Below are positions 1-15,797 of a stretch of DNA of 37,953 nt, piece after piece. A program made the position numbers and the translations under genes. Each line of letters starts with the position of its first letter. The first letter of the stretch is position 1. The notes beneath the pieces were generated by a model that worked only from the letters and a program-made list of their open reading frames with translations, had not been told where the DNA came from and made no database searches. Source of the stretch: Vermamoeba vermiformis (lineage: Eukaryota); the NCBI GenBank assembly GCA_045837725.1, contig JBEWZL010000083.1:248001-285953 (forward strand), read 5' to 3'.

Positions 1-1430
1 AAAAAATCCAGTTACTTGCAGACCAGGTGTACTACTGGACTGCTGGCATTCCAAGGCTTGTTCATGCAGCCATTGCATATTATCAAAAGAATTACTGTCC
101 AAATGATCAGTCTGCACCAGGTGATTTGGATACACTGATGCCCAAAGATCTGATTGCCAAATGGAGCAAATTTGTGGCAGTACTGTTCTATTTCTCCAGC
201 AATTGTTGCTGAGCTAGGAAATTATGCAGCCTTAAAGGACAACCCAGAACTCCAAAGGCTCTATCTCAAGGTTGCTCAAGATGCCCTTATGGCCACTCCT
301 TATAGCGCTTGACTTGTCACTTGAGCCATCACTTGACATTCTACAACAGCTATGGATCCTTGGCATTTACACTGCAAAAACATCTCAGTTACAAGTATGT
401 AACAATTGCCATTCTAATTCAAGCTCCTACTAACTATGGATTTAGTCTGAGCCAGCAACCTTAACTAGAAGCAGTAACGGAAAAGTATGCATCATATATA
501 TTTCTGTAGCCTCCTAACATGACACTTTAGGTTATTCTATACCCAATCCTTCCAAGGGTAGTCTTTCAGTACCTTACTCAAACACAAGCTCTGAATGACC
601 CAGTATTCAGAACAGTTCCCTCTGATTACTTCAATCCAGAGCCAGTAAGCAAGCCAGAGAACTGGCTAGAAACAAAGGGAGTGGAGTGCTTTGCTTACAG
701 AATCAAAGACAAATTTCAGCATGTCATTCCAAATCACAAGACAATTGACATAGACTACCAGGCAGCCAATCTCTTTCCATTCTTAATGGGCACTTGTCTT
801 GCCAAATCAAAATTTGAGCCACTTAGAAATGCATTCCACCTCCCTAAAATGATGAAAGCAGAGTGAGTAACAACTACTGCTAAGAATTAGAACTGACCTT
901 ATAGCTCCAGGTCTGAGGCCAAGGAAGGAAGAATTGTGCTGACGCTGAAAACTGAACTCAACAGTGAAGCACAAGTGGCACAAGCCAATGTTTCACAGTG
1001 GAAAACAATTTTGGCTTATGTTGAAACTGGCTTGTACATTCCCTTTGATAAGTCCTCTTCAGGTGATGCCTATTATTTTTGGAAAAACTCAAGATCAATA
1101 GATACTCTTGTGTTTCAATTCAAAGCAGGAATGCAAGCACTGTCACTTTCAAGCATTTCCACAGAAGTTAACAAAGCTGTTGGCTCACTTCCAAGCACCG
1201 TCAGAAAAGCAGTGGTTGTCTTTATTGGAGGTTATTCAGGTGCATTGCAAAAGTATGCTGTTGCTAACTCCAACTATGCTTGGAAAATCCAAGTCGATAA
1301 ACTACCTGCCAATGCAAAGTTAAGATCATTAATGGAAGCAAGAAAATTGGATGTCTTGATTCTAAACGAAAGTGGCCAAGAGCTGCTACTGTCATCATTT
1401 GTATTGTCACGAACAGGGTTAAGGCAATAA
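1..1430 (+). pseudogene. 3' part of a Crinkler/RHS-like NTPase + restriction-endonuclease-fold gene, possibly disrupted
   Basis: Spliced fragments. YYWTAGIPRLV resembles the TxGxPR motif of STAND/CR-NTPases. The last exon has LYIPFDKSSSGDAY...LVFQFKAG, a PD-(D/E/Q)xK-like pattern. An apparent frameshift or stop lies near 300-312. Almost no CpG over 1-1190. The 5' end is outside the window. Confidence 0.45.
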
Positions 1431-1470
1431 AACTATTTTACATTGCATCAATAATTCGTGACGATATATC

Positions 1471-3403
<1,933 letters not shown>

Positions 3404-3989
3404 CGTGCTGCGTATTAAATATTAGGCATGAAGAATATTATTTTAGAAAATACGAAAAATTTGAACTAATTATTTCCAAAAGGCACCAATAATGCGCCTC
3501 TTAAATAGCCGCTCGAACTTATTTTTTTAATGCAAAAATTAATTAATTGTGGTCACCTCCGTTCTGTAAACTCGTCCCGTAAAACAAATTATCACTTCAG
3601 TATTTGATTCTTACCAGATCTTGCATTATGTAGTCTCGTGCTAATTGTCGACAATGATTTATTGTCGCCTCGTTAGTGTTAATTCAAGGACTGAGACGCG
3701 TGCACTGCAGCAGAGAAACAAAAACTTCCCCGAGAAATTCCAATTTAAAGTCAACCCCAACGAAAAAGCTCTCAATTTATTGTTGACAGTAGTCCAATAG
3801 GCTCTACTTATATACGAAAACCATATATAGCTCGATGTTCCTAATTTTTAAACTAGTTTTGTGTCTCAGGAGTGCCATGTCATAGATGTCAGTTGTCACT
3901 CCTCTGGATTTTACGCAGCTAGTGAGTCCGACATCATTATCTATCTTTATAAATACGAGTTCTATGCAGCAGAGGTCATATTCTGCAGC

Positions 3990-6900
3990 ATGAAATTGAT
4001 CTGGCTTTTGCTTGTTTTGATTTCGTTTCATAACGTGACAGCGGATCCACCTGCGTTATTAAGCGCCGAATATACAGTGAAAGCGTATCAATCTTTAGAC
4101 GCAGGTCGTCAAGTAGCTGTTCTAACGGGTAAACTTCACAAACACGTAAACACTTTCGATCTCACATTTTGCTTTCTTAGTTTTATTTTATATTAAATAA
4201 CGTGCTTAATATCATAGCTGCTTCTTATTTTACTTGACCATTACATTTCAAGAATATTACAAGGCCGTATGAGGCAAAAAAAATTATTATTTTTAATTGT
4301 GTTCGTTATTATCAGGCACATTCGACCAAGATGTGTACGCTAATGCCTCGTGTACATCATCCGCGACGAAGACCATTTATACACGATGTTGCACGAATGA
4401 AATTCAAACTGATTGCTATCGGAGCGTAAATCCAAACAACAAATGCATAGACTCGCAAACTAGTGTAAGAGCCGCAAGTCCACGTAAGTCAAGTAATTTT
4501 TTATTAATTTTGCAGCGAGTCTGCAATTTCTGACGAATTAAAATGAATTACGTTGTAATTTGACCTATTTCTTCAGGATCGCAAGGGAAGACGTTCGAAT
4601 TTCACGTAAAAAATTACGAATTATGCGATTCAGTTATATTTTTGGCGCGGGCTTTGATCGGCGACCCAGATGTGTTAGTGTCGATCCAATTATCAAATAC
4701 AAATCCTTCTTTGTCGAGTTATGATTACAAAAGAGAAGGTACGTATTCAATAATCCTCATTCCAATAGTAATAACGCACAGAAATTGGCTCCGATGCGTT
4801 CTTGCAATGCTGCAGCTCGATCTTGCAAAAAAATCCTAATTGGAACGGTTCAGTGTTCGTAACAGTGCAATCAAGAACTTACTCCGATGCATATTATGAC
4901 GCACTAGTCCATGGTATATTTAAAGCAGCTAAAGAAATTTCCAACAAAAATCTAACTTTCGAAAACAACTTTTTAGACGATCCAGCTCGATTGAGCGTCA
5001 CTGATTTCTGGTGGCTGAGTATGTACATACTGTACTATCATAGTATTAGTACTAATACATCTCATGTAGGCCCAGTTCAAATCGAATGTCCCTCGAGCAA
5101 CCAAACATTCACCACGCGCGCCTGTCAATATTCCGAGCTGTGCATGTTTTTCCCGCCCTCAGACGATCCGTTGTTCATTTACTTGTCCACTGTCACGTAA
5201 GAACAATTTATTACTAGTATTGCTGACTAATTTTGGTATTATTACTAGTTCTCGAATCTTCTACGGCATTGGCACGATGGTCGATTATAATCCGCGCCAA
5301 ATCAGTCTTGGACTGGTGACCAAGCTCGTGGACTTGCGATTTGACGTACGTTATTATTTCTGTTTGATGCACCATGCATGGGACTCATCATCGCTCACAT
5401 TGTTGCTAGCCAAATGTGAAATATTTTCCCTTTCCCATCGAGCTGCTGTCAGATCCAGACTGCAAAGTTAGTTTTCCAACCGTGATGAATATGCAAGGCC
5501 AAGTAAGTGTACCTAAATATAACCAATACCAGTGCTTACGTGTTTCAGCGTACCTCAAACTCTCAACCGTTCACTCCACGACCATTGAGCTGCACATTAG
5601 AACAGTTTTCAAATGTGACGCGTGGCATTGAGAACGTGATTACTTCGCTCAAGACGTCTAATCACACCGTGCAAGCTGTTGTCGATGACCACATGTACAG
5701 GGTGAGTGACACGTGTCAAATGAATGACACTTTGTGCCTGATAGTGACATTTGCATTCACAAGGCCGAGGCATATACCATCAGCAATCCTTGGATCGGTT
5801 GTGTTGAGATGGTGCAGCGAGAACTATTGGACGATCGACAGGATCTGACGTACATCAATCAGACGAGATTTTGTTACGCAACGAGCAGCACTTCACAGCG
5901 AGTATTTAGACGATCCTTGTTGCAATCGACTGTACGTATTAATGCACAACAATAGCGAGGCCTAATCAATTCTCCGTTAGTCTCAGAAACCGAATGTGTT
6001 GTGCCCCGCGCGATGTGTCCACAGATATCACGCGCTATTCAATGAACAACGGCACAATCAACGCACGATGCAATCACCCGAGTTGTGTTAGAGTGCTTAT
6101 TGAATAGATATTTACTATTTTTGGCAGCGGAACTAATATTTTGCAACAATTACAGCAAAGCCTCGAAGATTTCATTGTGCTGGCCGAGTCAACGGGAGAT
6201 ATATTCAGTGGCTGTTCGAAGAATAGCTTTGCGGTATGATTATACGTCCTATATATCGAATAATAGCCTAATGAGTTTCTCAGGCACTGACAGATCCGAT
6301 CTTCACAAAGGATCCGTGGGCTACATGTGCTGCGACAATTTATCAGACAACATGCTCGTCAAAGTAAGTCTATTAAATATTTATGGTGAATTCTCAATTA
6401 ACAACGGCCAGTTTGGAGTGTCAGTCAAAATTGAGTGTTGAGAACTCGTTGTGTTTGGGCACAGGTTACTGCTCCATCCCCTGCACGAGTGACGATGCGT
6501 GTGGCACTGGTTCGTGCATTTCCGTTCAAAATCAACGCACTTGTCTGTTGTACAATCAAAACATCACCGCGGACAGTTTGGCTGCAGCTGATTCCATGCT
6601 CACTGTACGTAACAACTGATTAAGATTGATTGTTTGTAAATGGCGTTAATATATACTTCCTCTTGCAGTGTTTGCACAACAATTTGGCTCCATTCGCCAC
6701 CGCATTCATCAGACAAGAGTTGAACATTCCAAGTAAGTGCCGTGTTATCGGTCTCTAATTCGCAGTCTAATCAATTGCAAACAGTCTCGGCATCGTCCAT
6801 TGAGTTCAAAAAACGGTTCGGCGAGGCACTGACAGGTGACACGTGTCTGGGTGTCGGTAGCGTGACTGACGCGCAGCGGGCTAATCAGTCATTGTGCTTG

Positions 6901-9900
6901 GCTCCCAACTCGTGCAACTGGGCGCAGTGCACTGACAATAGCAGTCCGAACATGTGCTCACGAGGTACGTAGCCGCAGCTGTAAGTGAATATATTTGGTC
7001 TCATTCGAAAATTCAGACAACTGCATGGATAGTGCACTGAGTCCCGCGTACTGTCAAGCATGTTTCGGCAGCAATTGTCGCGAAGTCTCGTCGACTCAGA
7101 CCTGCAGTTACTATACTATCACTGACGCACAGTCGTGTGATGTCGTCAATGGACATTTCAATCCATTACGTCCCGAGCAGCAGCCGTGCATTGCAAAGAA
7201 CTCGACCGCTGAGTCTTGTTTCCCGCCCACTCTGTGCAGCGAAGAACAACGTACCAACAACACGTGCGTACCAGTGTGTTACGTGCCATCGATCACTGAC
7301 GAGGATGGTTGCGTGAATGCGAGAATAGGCACAATGCAACTAACTTGGTAAGAGGTCAATTTCATTGTTGTGGAACAAGCTAATTACTGTATTTAGGACC
7401 AATTGGACGGTAGACTTTGTGCCCTACGGACTGTGCTCCGATGCCACAATCAACTCGCGCCAACAATGCGACAATGCTAGTGCTGGACTAGCAACGTGGT
7501 GGTATGTCAAAGTGTTGTGCTCGAGTGACTAGTTTTGCTAACCGAAGGACTTAGGCCTGGCACGCAATTCACCCACGAAAATTTGCTGACACAAGTCGAG
7601 TGCGAGTCAGTGGGTTACTGCTCTCCGTCTGGTCGTGACACTTACAAGGTACGTCATCTCTTTGCAGCACTTTCAAACATTGCTAATGCTGTTAGGATGT
7701 CTGTCTGCGCACCTATTATTGCGATGGCTGTCCCACGTGCACTACACAAGAGTCGTGCGTGGCGTCAGGGCAGTGCAACAATCCTCTGGGCTGCTACAAA
7801 GGCTTCAATGACGACGGCAGCTGTCCCAAAGATGTGACTTGGACACCTGAGGGCTGTTTTTACGGCAGCTGGAGCGAGTCTCAGTGTGCGGCGGAGAACG
7901 GCAGATGGGTCACAAAACGGTACCAAGACCGCGCCAGTTGTTACGCAGCAGGCAGTGCGTGCGTGGAAACAGTGCAATTGCGCGGATATTGGCGCACAGG
8001 CGGTGTAACGTACAAGAACGAGACCGAGTGCATTGAGTGCAACGGGCAGTGGCAGTCAGTCTATCAATTCCAAGAGGTATCTGACACAAATTGATTCAAT
8101 TGTTTCTCATTATTCTTTAGGGCCGTTGGAGACCTTCACAATTTACGCCGTATTCGTGGACGACGCGAAATTTCACTACAGCTAATACTTGGACTAAAGT
8201 TCTGAACTCAAACTTGTTCTACGCCATGTACAGACGTGCCGCAGCTCGACGCTACGCCAATATTCTCACGACGAACATTTACTGCCGCTACAGCAAGTTG
8301 ATCTCGTCGCTGACACCTCTCGCGTGCGATTGCGGTGAAGATCGGCAAGCAAATGAGGCGTGTTTTGCGAGCATCACGCAGTCAGTCATGTCCGTCATTC
8401 AAGCGTGCAACAACGTGCCCACAGTGTTCAATGTCAGACTAGGGCAATGTCACCATCGATGTAAGTGCCGCTGTGTTTGCCTCGAACGATTAATAACCGA
8501 GTAAATTGTAGCAATCCTTTGAAAGTCGTTCGAGCGACTGCATGGACATTCCAGTGTCAGAAGTGCCACAAAAACAATTCTTGCAAAGACATCTGCCCAC
8601 ACTGTCAAGTGTCACTGTCTCACTGTCGCAAGCAGGCAAGGCAGCACAAGTTAGATTCATCAGGAATGAGCACGGTGTGGCTGTGGGTGAGCTAGTGGGC
8701 GACGGTCTGAACATTTCTCCGCCCACCACCGACTTCACTGGCACCATTCAAGTCTGTTTGATGCTCGCCAATCTCACTGGCAGCGGTGACATGGACATTC
8801 GTGTGCTCGACTTGGCCACACCGAATGAGGCCTGGAATCATTTCACACCTCTCGGACTGAACTTAACATTCACCGACACGTAAGTTGATGCCCGTCGTTA
8901 TCATTCAAAGAAGTAATTTTAATAATTGTTTTGCAGTATGGCGTGCACGGAGGTTCCTCAATCAGGATTGGTCATTTTCCCCGTTGGACTGATCGCGGAT
9001 TGGGAGAGCGCAATATTCATTCAAACACTGCAGCTTGGTGAGATTTTGGTGATTTATCTCGGCTCAGGTTTGTACTTGCTCGTGCTGGCAATGACCATTT
9101 ATCAAATGCACCATCACATCAAAGAACACATGCATCAGCGGACGAAGAAGTTTTTCAAAGTAGGACGCTTGGGCCTCATGATTTTGATCGTCGTGCTGAT
9201 TGGTAAGCAATGCATTTGTAATTACTCATATCACTAACGGACTTCAGATCGCTTCTTGTACTTGATGCTGTTGCCCAACGGCATTCTCGAGCAGTCTCGT
9301 GTAGCCGACGTCTTGTTCTCGGAATTACCGGCCATGTTTTATTTGTGCATCTACTCGTTGATTGTGTTGCGCTGGTAAGTCTAAGCGATTGTTGCAAGGA
9401 TGTGAGTGTTTGACACGTGTCACAGGGCTGAAATCTGTCATTTTACTATGACGCTGAACACGGGCTCATCGTTCAACAAGTTGATGCCAGTCGTCATTGC
9501 CGTCAACTCGTTTATTGCCGTGGCCTTTGTGGTGCTGCTCGTCATGTTCTTGGTGCAGCCAGATAATGTCAACGATGTGCTCAGCTGCGCTTCCAATTTT
9601 GAACTGCAAATGACCACTGCAGAGACACTGGCCATTGTTTATCGCGTGGTGTTCTCCGCATTCTGTTTGACATTCTCAATTCTCTTCGCCGTGTACGGTG
9701 CCAAAATTATGCGCATGATTCACGAGTCCAACAAGTTGGCGTTGGAAATTGGCGCCAAAGACAAAGTGCGACAAAGAAACAGAAAAATTACCACGGTAAG
9801 TGCGATTAAAATGATTGAATTAATTGACTAACCCCTTACTCAGCTAATTGTAATATCATTGGCGTGCACGTTGTGTCTGTTGGCGCAGTCAGCGTGTTTG

Positions 9901-10125
9901 CTCTGGATCTCGTTCAACAGCGCGGTCGGTCGCAGTGTGATCGGTGTGCTGGTATTCTTTTACGTCGTTGAACTCGGTCCTGCGATCATTTTCATCTTTT
10001 TGTTCAAATCTACGTCAATCTTTGCCAAATTTTCTCGTCGCAAAGGCTGGAAGAAGAGATCGACTGAAGGAGGCACTGCTTCGCATTCGTATCAACAGTT
10101 GACTGAGAACAACAGCAGCAAATAA
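3990..10125 (+). CDS. Large membrane receptor: signal peptide, long Cys-rich ectodomain, C-terminal 7TM region (THH1/TOM1/GPR137-like); many exons
   Basis: Signal peptide MKLIWLLLVLISFHNVTA. Many Cys-rich exons with N-glycosylation sequons (4.3-8.5 kb). About seven hydrophobic helices from 9.0-10.0 kb, including ELPAMFYLCIYSLIVLRW-AEICH and VVELGP, then a basic cytosolic tail. Exact exon boundaries are only partly resolved. Confidence 0.7.
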
Positions 10126-11239
10126 CAACGTTCTTTTTGTACAATAAATCCCGTATTCTACTGTCAGAACATCCGCGAAGAACTCAATCCGCTAGTAGCT
10201 AGCATGGCAATTAGACGAGGCATAAACTCTTAGTTTGGCCATCTGATCTGATCTCTCCCTTCTGTAATTATGCTTGCAATGACGCTTTAAATATCATAAA
10301 TAATAAGAAGGTTTTTTTTTTAGTACCATACCTCTCCATAATAGCATGATTGGATCAGGCACCATCCGGATTTTATTAAATTAATTCTGTACGGTCGTAA
10401 ATTTGAAGCTCCAATCCAATTTATGCCCCACAAAAATCGTTCTCACTTTTAATAGTTTCATCTCAACGAGCCGTTATTAGCTGTAGAAAAACTTTGATTT
10501 GTAGATCTTCATTTGTTCGAGTGTAGCTGCTATATTCGCCGATGTACACCATATACAACTGTTGTGCTTGTGCTGCAATGAGGAGGGAGAATGAAGTCGA
10601 CACGACAACGGGTTACCGTTAAAAATGTAAAATAATTCTGTTGAAGTGCAACACGCACCAACAACCATACCAGTGCAGATTCAGTTAATCTAAATACGTA
10701 CAAAATTAAATTCATTCACCGGGAATAATATTTTACGGTATACAAGGGTTGCGCAAACTCGATCTAGATCTAGGTAAGCCTTTTGTCCGTGCAACCTTGC
10801 TTAAAATCCAAATAATATTTTTCCTGCCTTCAAACATTAACGGGCTTTACAGGACAGTATCTGGAATGAAGAACGCAACGCGTGCGGTGAAGAATTATTT
10901 TAATTTGTGAACTTGAAGAAAAGTTATAAACGCACATGGCGTTTAACAAGCGTAACAACATATGACAGGAACGAAAGCTTAATTAATTTTTAATTTTTCA
11001 ATGGAGAATCTTTTGATTGATGGTTTTCACACGTGAAACTGCGAATTTCCAACTAAATTATGTGTACGGTGCACATTACAATATGTACGAGACGAATGAC
11101 AGCAGAGAAACTACAAAAGAGATTCTCTGGTTTATTGCATTTAATTATTCTTAATTACCTCGATCACAGCCACAGAACGTGAGTAAAATTCAATTCCAAT
11201 GAATCGATTTCTTTTTAACGCTTATTTTAACAGAGTACA

Positions 11240-14200
11240 ATGCGCTGGGCTCTACTTGCTACCGCGATTCTGGCCTGCGCAGTGATCGCCAACTGCGGCC
11301 CAGAAAACGACGACTTGGCTCCATTTGGCTACAGAAACCTGAAAACGAACTACACCAACGAAGTGGTTTGGAACGATCCGGTTTACAGCTTCTACTACAA
11401 AGTTAACGACCAAATTGTTCTCGAATATTTCTTGGACACTTCTGCGCCGATATTCACCAACGCATCCGCTTCTTGGGAGATCGGTGTCAACGATGGCAAA
11501 GGAGCTCTGATTGGCTACATTCTGTCGAACTCAGGCCCAAACTATCGCAACCTTGCCGGCACCGTCACGCGCTTCTATCAGTTCCAAACTGCGGGCATTG
11601 TCAGCAACTTCGATTTCGTGCACACGATGAATGGCGACACGGTCAAGTTTACCTTCAGCTACTACTTCGTTTTGACTCCTACCACCGCTCACAAATACGA
11701 CATCGAGTTCAGTATCAGAGGCAATACGTTAAAGTTCAACATTTCAGATCCCTACACCCCGACTAGCAGCGAGGATTCCTGGTTGGGTTACACACTCGGA
11801 GGAACTCGTGAAACGCCGAATCCTACCATCCATAGCATTCCTTATTTGCCAGACCCCTTCTTCTCGTTTGATTTTGGCTCGCAACGATTATACGGCTCAC
11901 ATTATTTGGATCGCAGCAAGAGTTATGGTTACCAATTCCGCCCATTCTTCGACAAAACTCCGACAAGCGTTCGTGCTAACTATGCTACTTCAGCGGACTT
12001 CGGTTTGGCTTTCCCTGGTGACGTTCGTCGTAAGTTTTCAGCATCCGAATTTTTTTTTTGATTTCGCCAATTATGGAATTGAGTCACTCTTATTACCCGT
12101 GGCAAATATAAATATAACTACGAACTATATAAAAATGGGCATTAGTTGTCGCTTTAACTGCCGAGTTGTGCATAAATTTATTTTTGACAAGCTGACATTG
12201 ATTCACATTACTAATAATTGATGCACAGGACTTGGCCCCTTGGGTGAAGTTGGTTATGTAACCGTTAGCGCCGATTTGAAAGACGTGCTCCCATCTCCTT
12301 ATATCGATCGCATTACTCCGAATTACTTGCCCGATCTAACTGATCGAGTGTTCTTGGACCTTTGGAATGTCCAGTGCTCCGCTTACGCTGAAAATGGAGT
12401 CGACGCTGTACGCAAATGGAAGTCTCCTGCTGATGGACTCGTCAAGATTTCAACCATAGCCAGTGATTTGGTGTCAACCGGTGGAAATGGCGTGCTCCTC
12501 TATGTCAAGTATAAGGGCGAGATTATTTTATCCCAGCTCCTCGAGAATGGCGCTTCCAACGTAACTTTATCCGGAGAAGTCAACGTGACAAAAGGTAATA
12601 ATATCGTGATCCGGATTTGCCAAAGTCCGAGCCACGTGCTTTCGTGTTGCAATTTGTGAATCATTCTAACACATTTCTTAAATATCTAGACGATGAACTC
12701 TTCTTCCATGTTTACGCTAATGGTGAAATGAACTACGATATGACTTATTGGGAGATCTCAATTACGATTGGCGCCGAATTATTCTCCTCTATCGGCGAAT
12801 TCAACTACGTTCAAGGCTACAGAAACTGGTACTACCTCCAGTACTTCCACTCTAATGACTCCTACGTCGAATTGACCTACGACAACCCGACCTCCTCTTA
12901 CATCGTAAGTCGAAGTTCACTGAAAATATTCCGAACAGAATCTAACCGCAATTCTTATTAGGGAACTTTACCTGGTGGCTGGCCTTTAATTAGGTAACTG
13001 ATAGTGTTATTTGTAAAGCCCTTACTTCACCGCTAACTCTTTTCTTAGTTCACAAAACATGCATCCGGGAGTCATTGTCGTTAGTGGCGGTGTTAGCTTC
13101 GATTGCTACAGAAAGTTTATTGAAGAATTGACCGAGTTTGGCTTGAAGCGCATGAGCATTGCCATTCACTTCTGGCAACAATACGGCTTCGACGTCAAAT
13201 TGCCTTCTCACTACCCTGCCAGCGAGGCCAGTGGTGGCTCTGAACGCATGAAGGCTTTGATGGATTCTGCTAAGGGTCTTGGCCATTTGATCTCCTTGCA
13301 CGAGAACTATGTGGACATGTACACCGACTCGCCATTGTACAACGCGACTCAATTAGTCGGTGGTACTCAAAAAGTGAAGGGCTGGTTCAACTCTGTTACA
13401 GGACAACAAGCTTGGTTAAGTAAGTGCTGCAAGTGTAGGCTGTACTCGAGACTAACCAATTTTCAGTCGCCGCCGATTACCAACAGTCCATCGTGACCCC
13501 TCAACACGCCAACATCGTTTCTGACTACGCACCCAACGCTGGATTTGAAGACGTCGACACTTGCGTGGAACCCGATCAATACATTACTTTCGCTGCCAAC
13601 CGCTTGAACCAACCTTCATACAAAGCCGTCGTTGAGACCAAGAAGAAGTTGTGGAACAGTAAGTACACCATTTATCTTTGTGGAAATTCGCGCTAACTAT
13701 GAGCAGTGTTCCGTACAGACTACAAGGGTCCCTTGTTCGGTGAAGGCCGCGAAATCTCCAATTTGGAGAACGGATTGTCCCGCTACGACGTATACTTCGC
13801 TGGCTACACTGACGGTCACGAGGCTCAAGTTGAAGGCAAGATGGGATCGGCCACGCTTCCTGAATTCGCTCAATACATCAACAAGAACAATCAATTCAAC
13901 AACGGCATGGGCTACATTGGACGCTACATCAACGATGAATCTTTCGCAACTATGAAAACCCCCATTGATACCTACGTCTTGGACAGATATCGTGCTCAAC
14001 AAGTTGCTTTTGGTCACTCAGGCTGGATCTCCTTCTCTGTCAGTCCCGTGTATCGCTGGGGCCGTCCTTCGCTTTCGGAGACTCTCACCGAATACCACTT
14101 GGCTCGTGGCATGCAGAACAGATACTTCAGCAATGCCACCAAGTCTGTGCAATACAATCTCAACGGTCAATGGGTAGACTTGTCCAAATACGTTAGTTCT

Positions 14201-15699
14201 GGCGGCGATATCGTCAGCAACGTCGTTAAAATTCAACTCGAAGACGACACCAACGTTGTTGTTAACAACCGTCAAACCCGTTTGTGGACTTCTTGGCCTG
14301 GATCTGGTGTCGAATTTGTTCGTGCAGAACAATTTTCGCAAAACTTTGGCTACTTCGTAAGTACTTAGTCTGCTTGTTACTAGCAATATACTAACTGCCA
14401 GTTTAGTACGTTAATAAGTCAGCGAGTGTCTTTACTCCCCTCCAATGGGCTCCAGTACACAGCTTGGGAATTCAAGCCTGGAAAGTACCTGGTGATCCCT
14501 CTAGCTACAGATATTGCAAGATTGCCAGTAAGTATTTTAACAGTATAGCAAATTGATGTCTAACTTTCTTTTTAGACAACATTTTTGGCGCTGCTGGCAA
14601 TTGCTTCCCTTCACTCGCTTTCTATCCTAAGCGAAGCGTTAACAATATTAACGCCGCCGTTCTCATTTCCAACGTCGATGGCAGTGGTGGCACCGACCCT
14701 GGCAACGATGGTGTTATGCTTCGTGTCGTTGTTGGTGACTTCAGTGCTGAAGGAGGCTCCTCTTTCGCCAATATGACTACTGTCTACACCTACGACCTCA
14801 TCGATGTGAAGGTCATGCACGAGCTCAACTTCACTATACCCGCTGTTACTGCAACCCAAGCTGTGGTATTTGTGTTGGACTACAAGTTGAGTCCTAACTG
14901 GGACACAATTTCTATGCGCCTTTGGCTTACTGGAGACTTCGCTGACACCGCAGACGCCCTCAGCTTCACTGAAACTGAAACGAATACCGTCCTTCCTCCC
15001 AACGGTTTTGTTGCTTGGAATAACAAGATCAATTACTTGGCGTACAGTGCTGGCAAACAACAAGACGGATCCATTGCCGCTGACTACAGCAAGAGCGAGT
15101 TCTCCACATTCGCTCGAAGCAGAGCCGGTGTTCAAACTATCAGCAACATTCGCACTGATGGTGCCGTTGCCGTTGAGAGTACCGAGAACGGAGATGCCAT
15201 CTACTTTGGTGACGTGACTGAAGTCACCAAGGACAGCAAGTTGATCCTCACTTCCACTGCCCCCGTCAATGGCCACGTGCAGCTCGTGAACCAAACTACC
15301 TTTGAAATCAAGGTCACCACTCCCGATGACTTGCGTCGCAGAATTACCGTCGTTTATGCTGGCTTCCCTGAGTCATTCCTTGGCGGTCAATCACAGCTCT
15401 TCAGCAATGGCTTCACCGTCGAAACTGTCGATTCAGCTCTCGGCGTTGCAGCTGTCGTTGATGTCGACAACAGTGGTACCGCTGCCAAGATCGAGATGAC
15501 TGCTGGTCAAACACTTCGCGTCTCGTACACTGTGCCCGCGACCACTCCTGACGGCACTGTCATTCCTCCCGCTGGCTCGTCGCCTCAATCACCGACCACA
15601 CCCCAATCCTCAACAACACCTATCAACGTCAGCAGTGCATCTACTCTCGGTGCAGTGCTCCTTGGTGCTGTTGTTGGCGCCTTCGCTTTATTGTGTTAA
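11240..15699 (+). CDS. Secreted, probably GPI-anchored glycoside hydrolase, GH129/DUF5696-like TIM barrel with accessory beta-sandwich modules
   Basis: Signal peptide MRWALLATAILACAVIA. The core IHFWQQYGFDVKLPSHYPASEASGGSERMKALMDSAKGLGHLISLHENYVDMYTDSP resembles the GH129/GH101-type barrel as recalled. A Ser/Thr/Pro-rich stalk and hydrophobic C-terminus follow. Multi-exon. Confidence 0.65.
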
Positions 15700-15797
15700 A
15701 TAGTAACGTGATTACAAAGATCACGTGCGTGTGTATTCTACAGCGGTTAATTTATTCAAGTAAATATCAATTTTTATCGATCACATTGTATACAACG

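Noticed and set aside
10130-11235. Small ORFs and short palindromes in the 1.1-kb intergenic gap
   Set aside because: AT-rich, no splice-consistent model or recognisable motif; treated as ordinary promoter/UTR sequence.
14018-15294. Long antisense ORFs opposite the glycosidase (also opposite PDAT and P450)
   Set aside because: Shadow frames of codon-biased sense genes, with no motifs.
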